Of a stretch of DNA of 64,000 nucleotides, positions 17,679 through 32,494 are shown in pieces. The notes beneath the pieces were generated by a model. It made no database searches, was not told the origin of the DNA, and was given only the letters and a program-made list of their open reading frames with translations. A program made the position numbers and the translations under genes. Every line of letters starts with the position of its first letter. Within the stretch, counting starts at the first letter, position 1. The DNA is from Azolla caroliniana (Eukaryota > Plantae > Polypodiophyta): positions 62,001 through 126,000 of the forward strand of contig JBHGNT010000018.1 in NCBI GenBank assembly GCA_043228905.1. Reading direction: 5' to 3'.

Positions 17679-20600
17679 TGTTAGAAACAATAAAACAGTT
17701 TCAGAGCAACTACTTTGGGTTGTCACATTAACTCTACACCACATCTAGATTAGTTACTATTATTAACTATGACTATTTTCCTTTTATTAGTAACTATATT
17801 TTTAAACACATCCAACGTACCCTCCACTTTCTCTATTATATATAGAGAAAACCAGGAACGTTAGAGTGTCGTATTTTTATGCTCTAGTTGTTGTAATAAT
17901 TAACTCTTGTAGTTGTATTCCAGCTTGTTATCCCACCTTATTATCTATTACATAGCAGTTTCAATTCTCCTCATTTTTGTTCATGTATTTCTCATTTCCT
18001 TACATGGTATCAGAGCGTTAGTAGTACGAAGCCTGAAAATATACCTCCCGCTCCATACTATACTTCTAAAAAATAAAAATAAAAAGAAAGAAAGAGAAAA
18101 CGAGACAACAACCTTAGCATTATGGCAAGCTCCACTCAAGCAAGAAAATACTTGGTAGATAAGCTTAACGCAAAGAACTACAGAATTTGGAAACCAAGGA
18201 TGGAGCTACTACTTGACTTGGAGGAGCTACTTGAAGTCACCACGAGAACCTATCAAGCACCAAAAGGCACACAATTAGAAGCATGGAAAGAATGGAAAAA
18301 CAAAGATAAATGAGCAAAACTTGAAATACTGCTACATGTAGAAGACAAGCAAGTTGATGCCATTCGAAAACTCACAATTGCGGCAGAAATGTGGTCCAAA
18401 CTAAAATAGATGTTTGAACCACAAGATGGTACAACTAGAATCCATACTCTTGCTACCTTGTTTCACATGTGTGTTTTGCAGGAAGAAGAAGATGTTCTTA
18501 CCTTCTTGGATACCTGGGAGACATATCTCGAAGAAGCCACCATTGCAGGAAATGAAATCTCAGAAGAAATGAAGATTGGGCTCTTATTGAGTAAACTTCC
18601 AGATTCTTGGAATACTTTTATCACTATGAATAGCTAGGGTAACTCCTTATCTGATCTGATTACAAAAGTTCTTCATGAAAATCTACGACGACAACTTAAA
18701 AATTCTACTCCATCAATGGCAATGATTGTTGCAGTCAACAAACCACAAAAATTGTCATATAACAATCGCTACAAGTCTAGATCTAACAATTACAAATATA
18801 TTGAAGCCTCTAATTCGAGAAAGGGAAAGGAATCACAGAGAACTTCATCAAAACAGCCTGGTGGAGGCTTCAAACTAGTCTGCAGATATTGCAAAAGAGA
18901 AGGGCACACCAAGAGGGTATGTCGATTCAAGCAATTTGCGGAAAATAAGAAACAACCACAAGCCAACAATGTCATTTTAGAGGATAAATCTGATGATAAA
19001 TCAGAATGCTATTCAGAATCAGGAGGTGATTACGATGACATGCCAGAAGAAGGAAACATTATTCAAGCATACCACGTCACTACAGAAGAATTGAAAATAG
19101 ATTATGACACATGGTTCCTGGATATTGGTGCCACACACCATCTCACATACCTAAGAGATTGGCTAGAAGATTATCAAGTTCTCTCCAATCAGTTGCAGGT
19201 AATCTTTGGTGATAAAGGAAAGAAATTTGCAATCGGTAAAGGTACAATTAAAATCAAACTTTCAAAAGATCACCAAATTACTGTTCATAATGTGTATTAT
19301 GTGCCTGGATTAGCAAAACATCTGTTATTAGTCGGACAAGCTACAATAGATGGATTTACAATTCAGTTTTGCAGAGATAAAGCAATTCTACAATTTCAAG
19401 ATGGTAGCTCATTCATTCAGATGGTCTGTCCTAAAGAACAACATATGTATCCAGTCCATAATCAATCAACATATGCATTAGTTGCACCTGTGCAAACAAA
19501 GAAACAATCAGTGCACTCAGCTACATATTTATGGCATTGTCGTTTTGGTCACATGAATTTTTCAGCACTTCAACAATGTCAACAACTAAAAAGAATGAAA
19601 GGACTACCAGAAAAGGCTTCCAAGCTATTTCTATATGTGAAAGCTGCTTGTTCGGAAAGATGTCCCATCAACCATTTGCCAAAAGCAAGACTGTTACAGA
19701 ATTCCCACTTCAACTTGTTCATACAAACCTGTGTGGGCCATTTCCTGTACCATCTCTCTCTAGAGCAAGGTATTTCATTTCATTTATTGATAATACTACC
19801 AGATTCACAGTAGTCAGCTTCTTAAAACAGAAAAGTGAGGATTTGCAGCATTCTGTAAATACAAACAGCTTGCAGAAAATCAAACATCAAGAACAATTAA
19901 AAAGGTGAGAAGTGATAATGGTGGAGAATATGTATCCCAAGAATGGGAGAATTTTTTCGACAACAATGGAATAATTCATCAAAAAACAATACCCTACACT
20001 CCACAACAGAATGGCATTGCTGAAAGAAAGAACAGAACGTTGTTAAATGCTGCCCGTAGTTTGCTCAAAATGGGACAAATGAAACAGCAGTTTTGGGAAG
20101 ATGCAATCTCCACAACCTGCTATCAGCAAAATAGGACTCCTCACACTACATTACAAGGCCAAATTCCATTTACATTATGGTATGGTGACATACCTAATGT
20201 TTCCCATCTCAAAAAGTTTGGTGCAGTAGCCTATGTATATGTAAATCCACATCACAGATCAAAGCTGGATGATAGATGCTTCAGAGGACGGTTCATTGGG
20301 TATGGGGAGCAAAATGGTCTCAAAGCATACAAAATATTCAACACGCAAATAGGTAAAACAATTTACAGTAGGTCAGTAAAATTTGATGAGTTGATCCTTT
20401 TATAGAGAAATGGAGAGACTATAACTAGTGAAGATGGAGAAGATCTTGCATGTCTTCCACACTTGTGGAAACAGAGCACAATAGTATTTACCCTAATGAC
20501 TCGTCTCAAATTACATCTCCTGATGATGCAGCAAAAGAGTCTCCATCACAGATGCACACAAAATCCCAGCATCAAGGGACAACCATCGAGAACTCAAGCC

Positions 20601-21687
20601 CTCATCTTTCATGTCCCAACAACCCTGCTGCATGCTCTCAGCCTAACATGTTATATATAATAACCTCGTCATCTCCATTAATGGCGGAGTGACAGTCTCA
20701 TAGGTACCACAGAATAGATGAAAGTAGAAATACTTACCGCCGCATCCGATCTCAACCGTTACTTTCTGTAGCCATCGCAATGGCGCCACTGCCTAGATGC
20801 TCAAAGGAAAACACACACAAAAATGATAGAATGACATAATCAAGAGAGTTGAGCAAAAAGGGGGAAAGCTAAACCTATGCAAGAACTCTACGAAACTACA
20901 ACTACCATCGACGGGTATTTTGAATCTGTCATCGACTCTGACATTTCAGCCTTTGCCACGTACGTCAAAGATGCAAGCATCGATTTTGCTCCTATTCTAA
21001 CTCTGAAACAAGTTCTCCGAAGGAAAGTTGGCTACAAGCGGTAGAAATCGAGGTAGATGCACTCTACAAAAACAAGACATGGAGCCTTGTTCCAAAACCA
21101 TCAAAATCAAACATTATTAGCTGTAAGTGGTTATTTACAAAAAAAATTGATGCTCAAAGCAATTCTATTCGCTTCAAAGCTCGATTGGTAGCTAGAGGAT
21201 TTACTCAAATTCCGGGGGTTGACTATCATGAGACTTTCTCTCCCACACTTAAACTCACTTCTCTCCGTCTCATATTTGCCATTATTGCATATTTAAATTT
21301 AGAACTCCATCATGTTGACATTGAGATAGCTTTCCTGCATGGAGATTTGAAGGAAGATATCTATATGGAACAACAAAACAGTTTCAAAGCAACTACTTTT
21401 AGTTGTCACATTAACTCTACACCACATCTAGATTAGTTACTATTATTAACTATTACTGTTTTCCTTTTATTAGTAACTATATTTTTAAACACATCCAACG
21501 TTCCCTCCACTTTCTCTATTATATAAAGAGGAAACCAGGAACATTAGAGTGTCATATTTTTATGCTCTAGCTGTTGTAGCAATTAACTCTTGTAGTTGTA
21601 TTCCAGCTTGTTATCCCACCTTATTATCTATTACATAGCAGTTTCAATTCTCCTCATTTCTGTTCATGTATCTCTCATTTCCTTACA
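17679..21687 (+). mobile_element. Ty1/Copia LTR retrotransposon, degenerate, internally deleted (RT C-terminus, RNase H and PPT missing)
   Basis: 5' LTR 17679-18004 (TG...CA) and PBS TGGTATCAGAGC at 18005-18016. Gag 18122-18637, zinc knuckle CRYCKREGHTKRVC, protease WFLDIGATHH, integrase RSDNGGEY/PQQNGIAERKNR, RT start ARGFTQIPGVDYHETFSP. 3' LTR ~21371-21687. TSD ATTTT at 17674-17678 and 21688-21692. Confidence 0.95.
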
Positions 21688-22294
21688 ATTTTAATGTCAA
21701 ATAAAAATATCCATAAATTTTGGGAGAATAAAAAGTGAGGAAGTAATGAACCTTTATTTCATTTTATTTTTATTAAAAATAAAACGAATACTTTTACATT
21801 TACTATAAAAATTTAATGGTGTCTTAAGTCCCTCTTTTATTGCTAAGTCCCCTTTTCTATATCCTTGGAATAATTGACCATGCATTCGTATACATATTCG
21901 TTTGCATTCAAATGGGAAATCCCACAAATGCGAATATATCAATCTATGGTAGCACCTATCCTTTGCATCCTCTACCAAGAACTTACTCCAATTATAGCAT
22001 TTTGTCAAATAATATATGATTACCATTATTGACATTTATACACCATATCAAACAGGTTGACCAAGCAAGCGAAAGAAACTAGTTTATCCATTTGGCTTTC
22101 AATAAAATAAATAAAATCCCATTAAGAATATGTAACTAGCTTTCAACAGATTTACATACAGCAACGGCCATTAAAACACTTGAAAATCCTGTGCCCTAAT
22201 CCCCACTCTGAAGAAGATTCATCTGCTCAGTTTTTTTAAATGGGCTGACGAAAAATGAAACAGAGCAGACCTTTTATCTATTAATATTCTATCA

Positions 22295-25200
22295 TTAATC
22301 TTCATTATCACCATTGTCATCATTATCTTCTTCTTCTGCTTCTCCAATTCCTTGTAGTAGCAAATCGACATCTTCACCCAATTCCTCCAAGCGTGATCTA
22401 AGTTTCTCTACTTTGCTTTCCTCTTGCCCGAGACAAACAAGCAAATCATTCAGTTCGGCTTCACTCTCCTTTCGTGCTTCATTTCTTCCTTCTTCTTTGG
22501 CTGCCTCTAATTCAACAAAACCCACACTAGTTGTTGATACTCCTCGGGTTCCACTACCTTGGATATTTCTCAAGTCTTTATCTAGCCGATTATTCTCTTG
22601 TTCAAGGCTGTTGTAAGCAGCAGATAGACTCTTAAGATCTGCTTCAAATTTATCAGCCAGCTGCTTGTAATATAAACTTTCCAATTCCTTCTCATTCTGT
22701 CTTCTTTGTAGATCTTGGATCTGCTGATGGAGACTCTCAGTTTCCACTTCGGCAGCAATCAATTCTTGAGAATTTCTTAGAGGACCCAAGTTACTGGTAT
22801 ACTCTGTACCAAAATCCACCTTGCCTCCTTTGACTAGCTCTTCAGCTAATGCAACATTTCTGGATATTATTTCCTGTGACAAAGTTTGAGAACATATGCT
22901 AAGTTGTCATCAACAAAAGTAAGGATTCTTCAAATGCATTATCTACTTAAAAAAGATACCTGCATTTCAGCGGTTTGTTTCTGCATCAACTCTTTCAGTC
23001 TGTTAATGTAATCGCTTTCGCTCTCTCCACCTTTTCGATCAGGAACCGAGGGTAGAAGGCTTGCCTTGGCTTTTGGTTGGCTGAATAATTGAACAATGGT
23101 ATCCCTAACAATAGGCTCTAATTTCTGAATGAGCTTTACGAGATAAGTATCATAGACACCAGCTACAGGACCTACATCACTGGTCTCAAACTCAACCTCC
23201 CCATTTCCACTCGACAAGCCAGATTCTTCTTCCAAAACAATCTCTGAAGAAGATGACTTTGTCAAAGACTTTTGATGTGCATTACCAGTCATAGCCATCA
23301 AGAAAACATGATTATTCTGCAAGGCTTCCCACCTTGCAAAGTATGTTGAAAGCCCAACTTGCTGGCTAATAATATCAACCAAAACATGAGCACTGTGTGC
23401 GCTTTCAATCGATGTATTATATAAAACACACTCTCCTAGGAGTACAGCAGCCAAACCACTAACATGCACACTAGCAGGAGAGTCAACAGTATTTAAGAGT
23501 TCAACCATATATGGTAGATGTGCCAGAGCCTCAAGAAAAGAGGAAACTGCAGCACGACAATCTGCAAGCCATACTATTAAAAGCTTCAAGAAGATGGGTT
23601 GTAGCCAAATTTTGCTACCTGCACCTGATCCCGAGCTCTTGCTTTGTGATTGCTTTCCTGCTGATGCCAGATATCTCACACATCGAGACATTAAATATTC
23701 TGGTGTGCCCAATGGTGAGCCAGATATTTCTAGAGGGATTTGCAATATCTGCATGAGATTTTACATCAGATCAATTTTGATGTATAATGACGTGAAAGAG
23801 TGAGCACATTTGCATGAATAGAGAATAAACACAAGACTGAATAAAGATGTGGAAGCTCGCCAATCATACAAACAGCAGATACTTATTTTATATATAATAT
23901 AAAGAGGCCGAAATAGCCTATAAGACCAAGCAAGAGATTACATCTTAAAATATGTCCGTGTTTTATTCCAATTGTGCTAGCCACAACCTTCGAAAACCCA
24001 TTGGGCGACTGCACCTTTCTTGACATGGATCCATATAGTGCATAGATTCCCCATTGCATATCTATAGGAACACCAAGGGCTTCTGGCAGTTGCAAGAGTC
24101 AAGCACATGGTACAATCTCAAGGGCTTTTCAGAAATCCACAACACAGCAATAAATTCCCTTAGCTCTGCCCTCTTTGATAAGGGCTCAGAGGGTCAATAT
24201 GTGATCTAAAGTTGTAAAACCCTTCCAAAAGCATGTGTGTCCAGCTAAACGGCAGCCATTTCTTTCAGCCCATAACCTGAGTCTAGGATCGAGCCATAGT
24301 TTAGCCGAGTAACAGCCAATCTTGATTGTCCTATAATTGCCAGGATCATGGGGTCTCCACACTTGAAGACTGGCACAATGATAGGTTATGTCTAGCTAGT
24401 AAGGAAACCTCACCCATAGCTCTATTAAACATGTGTGCTAGCAACTGGAGGACGATGTCAAGGGAACAGATAAAAGTGCTCACCTAACAATCCATCATGA
24501 TCTTGGGCCTTCCCAAATTGTAACTGATCAGTAACGTTTCTTACATTTCATGGAGTAAAAAAGGTGGATTCTCATGGGCTTGAGCCATATCTTCATTTGT
24601 GATGTTCCATATCTAGACAAGCCGGTACAATGATTAGGTCACAGAAATGCAGAGGGCAGAGGGAGGATGGAAAGTGCCATAGAGGACGGAAATGCAGAGA
24701 TCAGCAAATGTTGCAGGAAATCCACAGATTAGACAGATCTTCAAGAAAAGATCAAGCACCCAATGATTGAGAAGATATAACAGAAAATGCAGAGATTAGG
24801 AAGACATTAAAGAGAGGAGAGAGAGAGAGAGTTACTTTCTCTTTGCAATCAAGATTGTCCCTCAAGATGTGTGTTAAAACACGTACAGCTCTACGACTGG
24901 CCTGCAAGTTGTTCATATACAATTATTAGTTTCAATCCACGCTTTTCTCTTTGTATGTCACTGACCAGTCAAGCTATTTAAACAACAAAAAACTTCGATC
25001 ATTCCTAGCTTTGGAGACCAGATTCTAGGCATTTTCAAGGGTATAGAATCATTCTTCAGAAAAAGGGCGGGGTAGAATGACAAGGTCATATGAACACCCA
25101 CTAGAAACCAATATGCAACACGTCTGTCAAATGCATTGTAATTTTGTTAATAGATTGACACTACCTCGAGATCCTTCTGATCATCGCTTAACTTTAGGGC

Positions 25201-28200
25201 TTTGAGCAGCATACTGTACCAAAATCAATACGTAATGTTTAGTAACATCGGTGTTCAAAAGCCTAATCTTCATTTCAGATTTTATCGTTTTAATGTTTCA
25301 CCTCCCGAAGGACAAGCATTTTTCAGCCTCAACCACTCTGCCTATTGTGTCTGATTCAGGAGACGGCGTGATGGTTGATGCCAAGACAATTTGCCCTTCA
25401 ACATTTTGCTAGCAATATTATACAAAACCAAAGTATAATAAAAAATACTACATTTTTGTCTTAAGAATAAAAAGCAAAAGAATTTCCTTGTCTTTACCTC
25501 ACAGAAACATTTAATAACATACTCGGCTGCAATGCATTCAGCAAGCTCAGATGTATACAACAATACATGCAGGATACTATGAAGTGCTGGCTCACCATCT
25601 GGTTCATCTCCTATCACTTTTCTACCAAGGAGCTCACAGTTCCTAGAATGACCATGAACAAGATCGCCGATGCAACGCAAGGCCTGACCATATCAAATTT
25701 CCAACATAGTATTTAGAAGAAATAACTTACTAAATTGCATAAAAGATAATTCACCTATCAGAATCTCAACATTACTTACACCATGGACAGCACGCATAAC
25801 TTTGTATAATTGCTAATGGCCTATCTATAGATGATTTTCAAGAAAACAATGAACTGACCAATTTTATTAAAATGCACAAAAGACATTCACATTTCAGTGT
25901 CTCAACTTTACTCACATGATGAACAGTAAGCATAACTTAATATACTAGTTCATGTGCTAGGCACAATTTTCTTAAAATATTAAGACCAAAGCATATGGAT
26001 AGTTTTACCTCGTGTGTTCGTCACACATGTCTCATAATAATGATGATAATGTAATATGTATATTAACAGAATGCTAGATAATGAAAATGGCAGGATTACT
26101 ACTGCAATTAGTTTAGTTGAACTAAGTTACCCCACATTCTTTGGGAATTCAGAGAGTATTTGATGTGTCATTATATTTAAGTAGAGATAGCTGCACCTAA
26201 GGACTTATTGTGACATTTCTTTTAGCAAGTCGTCGAAGTATTGAAGAAACTCACCTCACAGCGAACAGCCACGGAAGATACTCTGCAATTAGTTTAGTTT
26301 AACTACTGCAATTTAATTTAACTAAGTTATCCCACATTCTTTGGGAACTCAAGAGAGTATTTGATGTGTCATTATATTTAAGTAGAGATAGCTGCACCTA
26401 AGGCCGTATTGTGCTAATAAAAACTAAAACTCACTAATCACCTACATCTTAAATGACATTTCTTTTAACAAGTAAATGGATCTAAATATATAATATGAGA
26501 GTCGTCGAAGTATTGAAGAAACTCACCTCACAGCGAACAGCCACGGCAGATACTCTTCCCTCAACAGACAGCACTAATAGATAATCTAGTAAATTGCTCT
26601 GTGGAACAAGGATAAGGAACATAATACTATTAATGAAGCAAAACAGATTGAGAAAGAGATAGAATTGGCTAAAGCTTTACGGCATTGAAGTACCTGAGCC
26701 AAAATGGTCTGATTAGCTACTACATTAGCATCCTTACCAAGCTCTTCAGAAGCTTGGGAAAGCAGTAAAGTTACAGTTTCTAACAGGCAAAGAACATTTA
26801 AGACCTGCATTTGAATAGATATCACAACCTTATATTAATCAAGATTTGCTTGGGGTCACAATGAATGCATTTACATGCATCCAAAGAGCTGTACCTTTTG
26901 CTTTGAGAAAGTGTGTGCGTTGGACTTTCTGAGTTTAAGAATGGACACAATTGGTTGAAGGCCCAATGTCTCTCTTAGAAAACTCTGTAATGTTACATAA
27001 ACAAGATAATCTTAATTTACAATTTTTCAAAAATGAAATAAAACATCTGGCATACATTCATCATTCAACCTGATTTGATGGATTGCTCCTAATGATATTG
27101 TTTAGCAATTCTAAACAATCCTGCAGCCAAAATAGAAATATATCATATGAGAAGGAACGAAAAACGATTTAGTCTTTTAAGAAGCCAAAATGGCCTATGC
27201 AGCATCTAGTCTCATCTTGGAGAAAAACGAACCAAATTAAATAGCCTACCTGAACAACTATTCCTCCTTCAGAGCCTCCTTCCTCAACAATGATGTTAAA
27301 AAGTTTCTCAAACACACCTTCGAATACAGCAATTTTTTGAATTTCCTGATTGCCATAACAATGAAGCAATTCATGCAACATCCCAATATTATGAAGTTCA
27401 GGAGAGCACTTCAGAAAATCATTACCTCAGCTGAACGTGTCAAGTGTGCAAGAAGTAGCAACGCTTCATTCCGAATAACCTGATATGAGAAGCTCAAATA
27501 ACAATTCATACCTACTAAAAAAATGAAGCAAATGATATACTAATATCAAACACACCTCACGATCCTGCATCATGTCCATTAGCCTGGTAATCCCCTGTGG
27601 AGTTGCCAAAACAGCATCCTGCAACCTTCTCAAGCCACGCTTTATATGAGGTGGGGAATAGTCCTCAGAATATAATTGGCAAATGTGACATTTTATAATA
27701 TGCAGTACCTAACCGAAGTGCTTGTGGTTAACATTGTGAGTAAGCGTAATGTGTGGTAGCGTATATAAAAATCTTCTTCCTCCTGTAAATATTTCAAATT
27801 TTTCTTACTAGTCTAGATTAAAGGCTATTTACAGATCATCCTCACAATCCTTAAGAAATAACTCAACAAAAAATAGAAATGTCCAAAGAAGAATTCAAGA
27901 GAAATACTCAAAAGAAATCAATAAAATACAAACCAGAAGACTCAATAATAATGCAGCACTCCCTTGCTCTCTTGCTAGCAGCTCCGAATTCAATGCTCCT
28001 GGCTGAATCTGGCTTTTGCTGCCATGAAAATTTCCTTCGGATGCCAACGCATTAACTAGTGTCTCAAGAGACCCTCTCACCTGTTAGATTAAATTCAAAT
28101 TAACGACTATGGCTCAGATATCAATTTTCTGCAAATATAATGACATATGGCAGTGGTTTCTACATATTGTTATTCCTACACGTTGGATGCTACTCTTTCT

Positions 28201-31200
28201 GTTAGTATGAGATTCTGATGTATGTGCAACAGCTGCATAGGCTTTTCAATGACCAATTTTCTAGAAAGACAAATCATTGTAATATTTTACTTTCCCTACT
28301 TCCATATTCGACATACATAAGGAAACCTGTAAATATATGATCTGTACTATTGATTTGTGTATATGGACGTTTATATATGCGTACTTATTCACACATGAAT
28401 ACAGTATGTAATATGTATGTAAACCGTATTATAGACATATATTAAGGTCTACCCCCCACATACAAACAGATATAACTACTTCCCCAAAACATAAGTATTT
28501 CTGTATGTATAGCATCTCCCCAATACTACAATGGTTTCCTACAAATATTAGACCAACCTTGTCGACTTAAGAAAATACATACAAGAGAAAATAATATCAC
28601 ATTGAGTCTTACACTTATGTGAGGTCAAAACCAATTTATGGAATATAATTTTAAAACGAAGCAACTTCATTAACAAGTTCACTAGTGATTAGCAAAATCG
28701 CATATTCAATACATTTCATAGCCTCGAAAAACAAGAAAAATGCATCTACATAGGTTTTCCATGGAAATAGCAAGGGAAGCAAATGTAGCAACCATGTCAA
28801 TAAGAAATTGAGCATCATTTACCAAGTCCAAATCATTGCGCTCCTCCCTTAAAACTGCCAGAATGATTGGTAAGCCTGAAAATAGATAAATGTTATCTGC
28901 ATATGCTCCCAATTTGAGAATATCCTTATATTTCTCGATATATACTTGAGTACTAATATAAACATTACCCGTAGCTCCAAAAGCTAGCTGAGCTGAGCGA
29001 CTTTCCGCAACAATATCTTGAAGCTCTATCATTGCATTATGCCGGTCTTCAACCAAGACTCCATTTTTTATCCGTTCCAAAAGTTGTTCCACACCACTTG
29101 ACAATCAACAAACCACTTCATGTCACATGTTTGCATCAGAAGAAAGAGTACATTTTAAGAGAAATTGTGTCATAATAAGTGTGATTCCATATTGCAGCAA
29201 AGGAAAAGAGTGAAAAACACATAATATATACAGAAGGTGGAGGAAGGATTGCATCCCAAAGCTTGAAGAAATAAGGCAACTATATTAATGTTTATATCAT
29301 ACATTTAGAAAACATAATTATTAAGATATCATTGTGAGTCATATAAAAACTTAATTTTCTGTAAAAGGTAAGATATGGCATACCCGTCATCCTCCTGAGA
29401 ATTTTGGTCATTATTTCCAAAAACAAGCCCACCGACCCCCTGTAAACATTCAGAATAGATGCATTAAGTATCACACATAATAAATCCAAACCCCCTCCAA
29501 GTATATAGCTCAATGAAAGATTTCATGCTTTTGATGGACTAGCACATGATCATGATTTAGTTAAGTCTATGACAGATATCTTTGATAGATGGAATCAACA
29601 GAAGCAAAGGCCATTTTAAACTGTCTGGACGGACATCAGTGGTTTTAGTTGCTTTCTGTATTGGCTTCTTTATAGTAAGGTGGATTATAATCTGGTTCCA
29701 ACCACACCACTGCCTCGTACACAAGAGTTCTCAGTGTCCCCAAAACCTATTGATGTAGCCTGGATCATACATACTTATCCTTTATAATGGACTTTCATTG
29801 CAACCATGGTCTACCTCAACAAAATACACACCACCATCGGAAGTATACTTTCTGCAGGGACCAAAATGGGGGTACAAGAAAGAGATTTCCAAGTCCTCGA
29901 TAGATGTGATCAGCCCCTGAGACCATGTATAGACAGGAGAGTGTGGATCTATTTAGGAATAGCATTCATGGCACTAGAGGAGAAAGCCTTTCCAGAATTA
30001 GTTCCAGGAGCCAGGTGTCAAGTCATGGCTATTTGATACTATTGTGAACCCTACAATTCTTTATTGAGTGCAGATTTGGGGACCTAGCTTATACTGTCAT
30101 TACAAATCTGTTGGCATCTCTAATGGGTGGAAATAACTGGAATGACTTCTTGTATCCATGATCTGTAGAAATCTTGAGGATGATACATCATGCTAATGTT
30201 GCCAAATGGCATCCTGATTTAAAGAGAGCATCATTATCATCTTGGGGCCGGGGTCCGGTTTACAATTAGGATCACATAGACCTTAGCCAGGTTTGACTTT
30301 CACTTCACTAGTACTTTTGCTCAGCAAACCCAACCCTGACACCCTCATCGACATAGATAACATATTGAAATACAGGAGTCCAGCATAGGGAGAACTTTGA
30401 AATTTGTACACAAAAGGAGAATAGGGAGAACAGATTCACGAGTTTCAATATGCTGGACTAGTCTTTCAATATGTTATCTGTGTCTGGTCTAGTCATCGGG
30501 GCTAGGTTTGCTGGTGGAGAATTGTTAGTTCCAGATCTTATTGATGGCTCCTCATAACTAGTGAAAGTTAGGCCTGGCAGCGGTGTACACGATCCTTTGC
30601 AAATACTGTTGATGTGGTATCAGTGATGGACATAGTAGCAAATAAATGACCAGGGTCCATGGAACAAGATTTTCATGAGTCTTCTTTTCCCTAGCTTATG
30701 ACATTCAATATGTTTTTTATTTGTTTTTTCCTTTTTACTGCCAGCGACAATCAAGGCTATCCTCTTAAGCAAAAGGAGCTAGTTGACTGGTAATGATTAC
30801 TGATTGATACTATCCATCCTATTCTTCTGAGATGAGGAGCAGGGCTTAGGATTTGTCTTTGTACAGATTGTTGAGATTGGCCATACGCATACTATCATTG
30901 CCTCACTTCTTATAGACGAATGTTGAGAATGAGAAATGCATCCTTTTTTTCAATCCCTTCCCACAACAAATTTCAGCAAGATTAGTGGGTGTACGCCAAA
31001 TAGTTGTACTGCAAATGCTGAATCTTCCAGAATGATGTTCCAATATGAGGAGCTGAGGTTAGGATGTGTCTTTGTATCATGGACCCCAGTGGGAGCGGTA
31101 AGAGGATTCACATATCCAAAGCCAGATATACATCTTATTTGTCGGAGAAGGATGTGGCTATATTTATGGAGTGGAACCTAACATATTTATACAAGCCCTA

Positions 31201-32494
31201 AAAGGTTTTTCCTTGTTTGTCTGAAAAAGGTAGGTGAGAATTTTTCAAAAAATATAGGCGGGGATTTATAGGAAAAGATAAGAGAGGATATATGAGAAAA
31301 GATAAGAAGGGAAATATAGAAAAAGATACGAGAGGATGGCATGACCTATCCTGTTGACATGGAAACTGACATGATATTGAGGCTTCTTACAGTTCTGAGA
31401 CTAGCCATATCACTATCATTCAATATGCAATACAGTTTAGTATCAACCGGATCAGAAATCCCATCTTCTCAATACACAACTAGTTCAAATGCTCAGACCC
31501 CAATAGAAATGTATGGTAAGACCTTTTTTAGTTCTCAGGAGAACTTGATCACGGACCTTATAGAGGAGGGTCCCACAAGAGTGCCCATAAACCCCAATAC
31601 TTCACCTAATGGAACAACCTTAGTTGGTTAACTATAGCCCAACTAGCACTATATATTCTCCTCAGTCCCACAGAGGATACCTCAAGTGCCTTTGTCCTAA
31701 CTTCACTAGGGATAGGGTTATCAAATATGACAAAGTGAAGACCTGCATTGCTGCAACTGCTGCAATGCCAGAAATTCTTTCTAGGATATTTCTTCTCCAT
31801 TTCATGCCTGAATGATGAGAGATCAATCAGGATCCAACGAAGTGACTTAGGTGCTGATTGATAGCTTACTTCCACCCTCAACCATTACTGCTATGGATGG
31901 CCCATGCTGCAAAGTAATAGGGAAGAACGAGAATGGATTGCTATTAACATTATTTGGGTACCAGGATGGCTTCATACTACAGACCAGCAATATGCGCACT
32001 CATTTGTCCAATAGGATCATGCCTCATACACACCTTTGGTCAAATACATAGTTCTTCAAATCACCAAGACATTGAGACAGGGTGATACAAAGAAATAGGC
32101 CTAGAGAACATGTGTAAGAAATGTCAAGGAGACCCCAACATGGAAGAACATTACACTTCAAGTATAGAGCCTGCTATCAGATGCAAGGGTACCCTGGGAC
32201 CTTCAATTTACACCAATAGCTAAACAACATGCATAAACATGACGGTAAAAATAAGTTATTCTTTGAGCCATTTAGCACAAACATGGCTATTGTTTTGACA
32301 AAAATAAAGAAAGCATTGACGTATTAATGTTAAATATGTTTCCTCAAGAATCCTTTCATACATGAATTTCTAGAACAAGATAAAATCCTTAAATTTATCT
32401 CTAAGAATAAACTTATTTTATCTGAAAAAATCCAATCCGAAAAAGTTACTTGGGCAACTGCATTGAAATTGATGGAGCCCAACTTGAATGCCAT
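22295..32494 (-). CDS. GC6: Golgin candidate 6 / p115-USO1 vesicle tethering factor, about 18 coding exons
   Basis: Exon 1 32450-32494 (MAFKLGSINFNAVAQ) splices to ~29384-29439 (GVGGLVFGNN). Then ~28969-29097 (VEQLLERIKNG...DRHNAMIELQ), ~27933-28080 (RGSLETL), ~27713-27783 (EEDFYIRYHTL), ~27556-27626 (GITRLMDMMQDRE), ~27426-27480 (VIRNEALLLL), ~27250-27346 (EIQKIAVFEG), and further exons through 22961-23748 and 22295-22875 (coiled coil, ELNDLLVCLGQEESKVEKL, acidic tail). Confidence 0.93.
30255..30605. repeat. Degenerate long inverted repeat (foldback/MITE-like) in a GC6 intron
   Basis: Left-arm GACATAGATAACATATTGAAA...AGTCCAGCATA pairs with right-arm TATGCTGGACT...TTTCAATATGTTATCTGTGTC. Outer pairs: CAGCAAACC/GGTTTGCTG, TTCACTAGT/ACTAGTGAA, CCAGG/CCTGG, AGGATC/GATCCT. 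Confidence 0.7.

Noticed and set aside
30700-32100. Decayed coding-like sequence in a GC6 intron (ORFs at 30936, 31341, 31606)
   Set aside because: Possibly an old LINE ORF1 or other TE relic, but I could not recognise a diagnostic motif.
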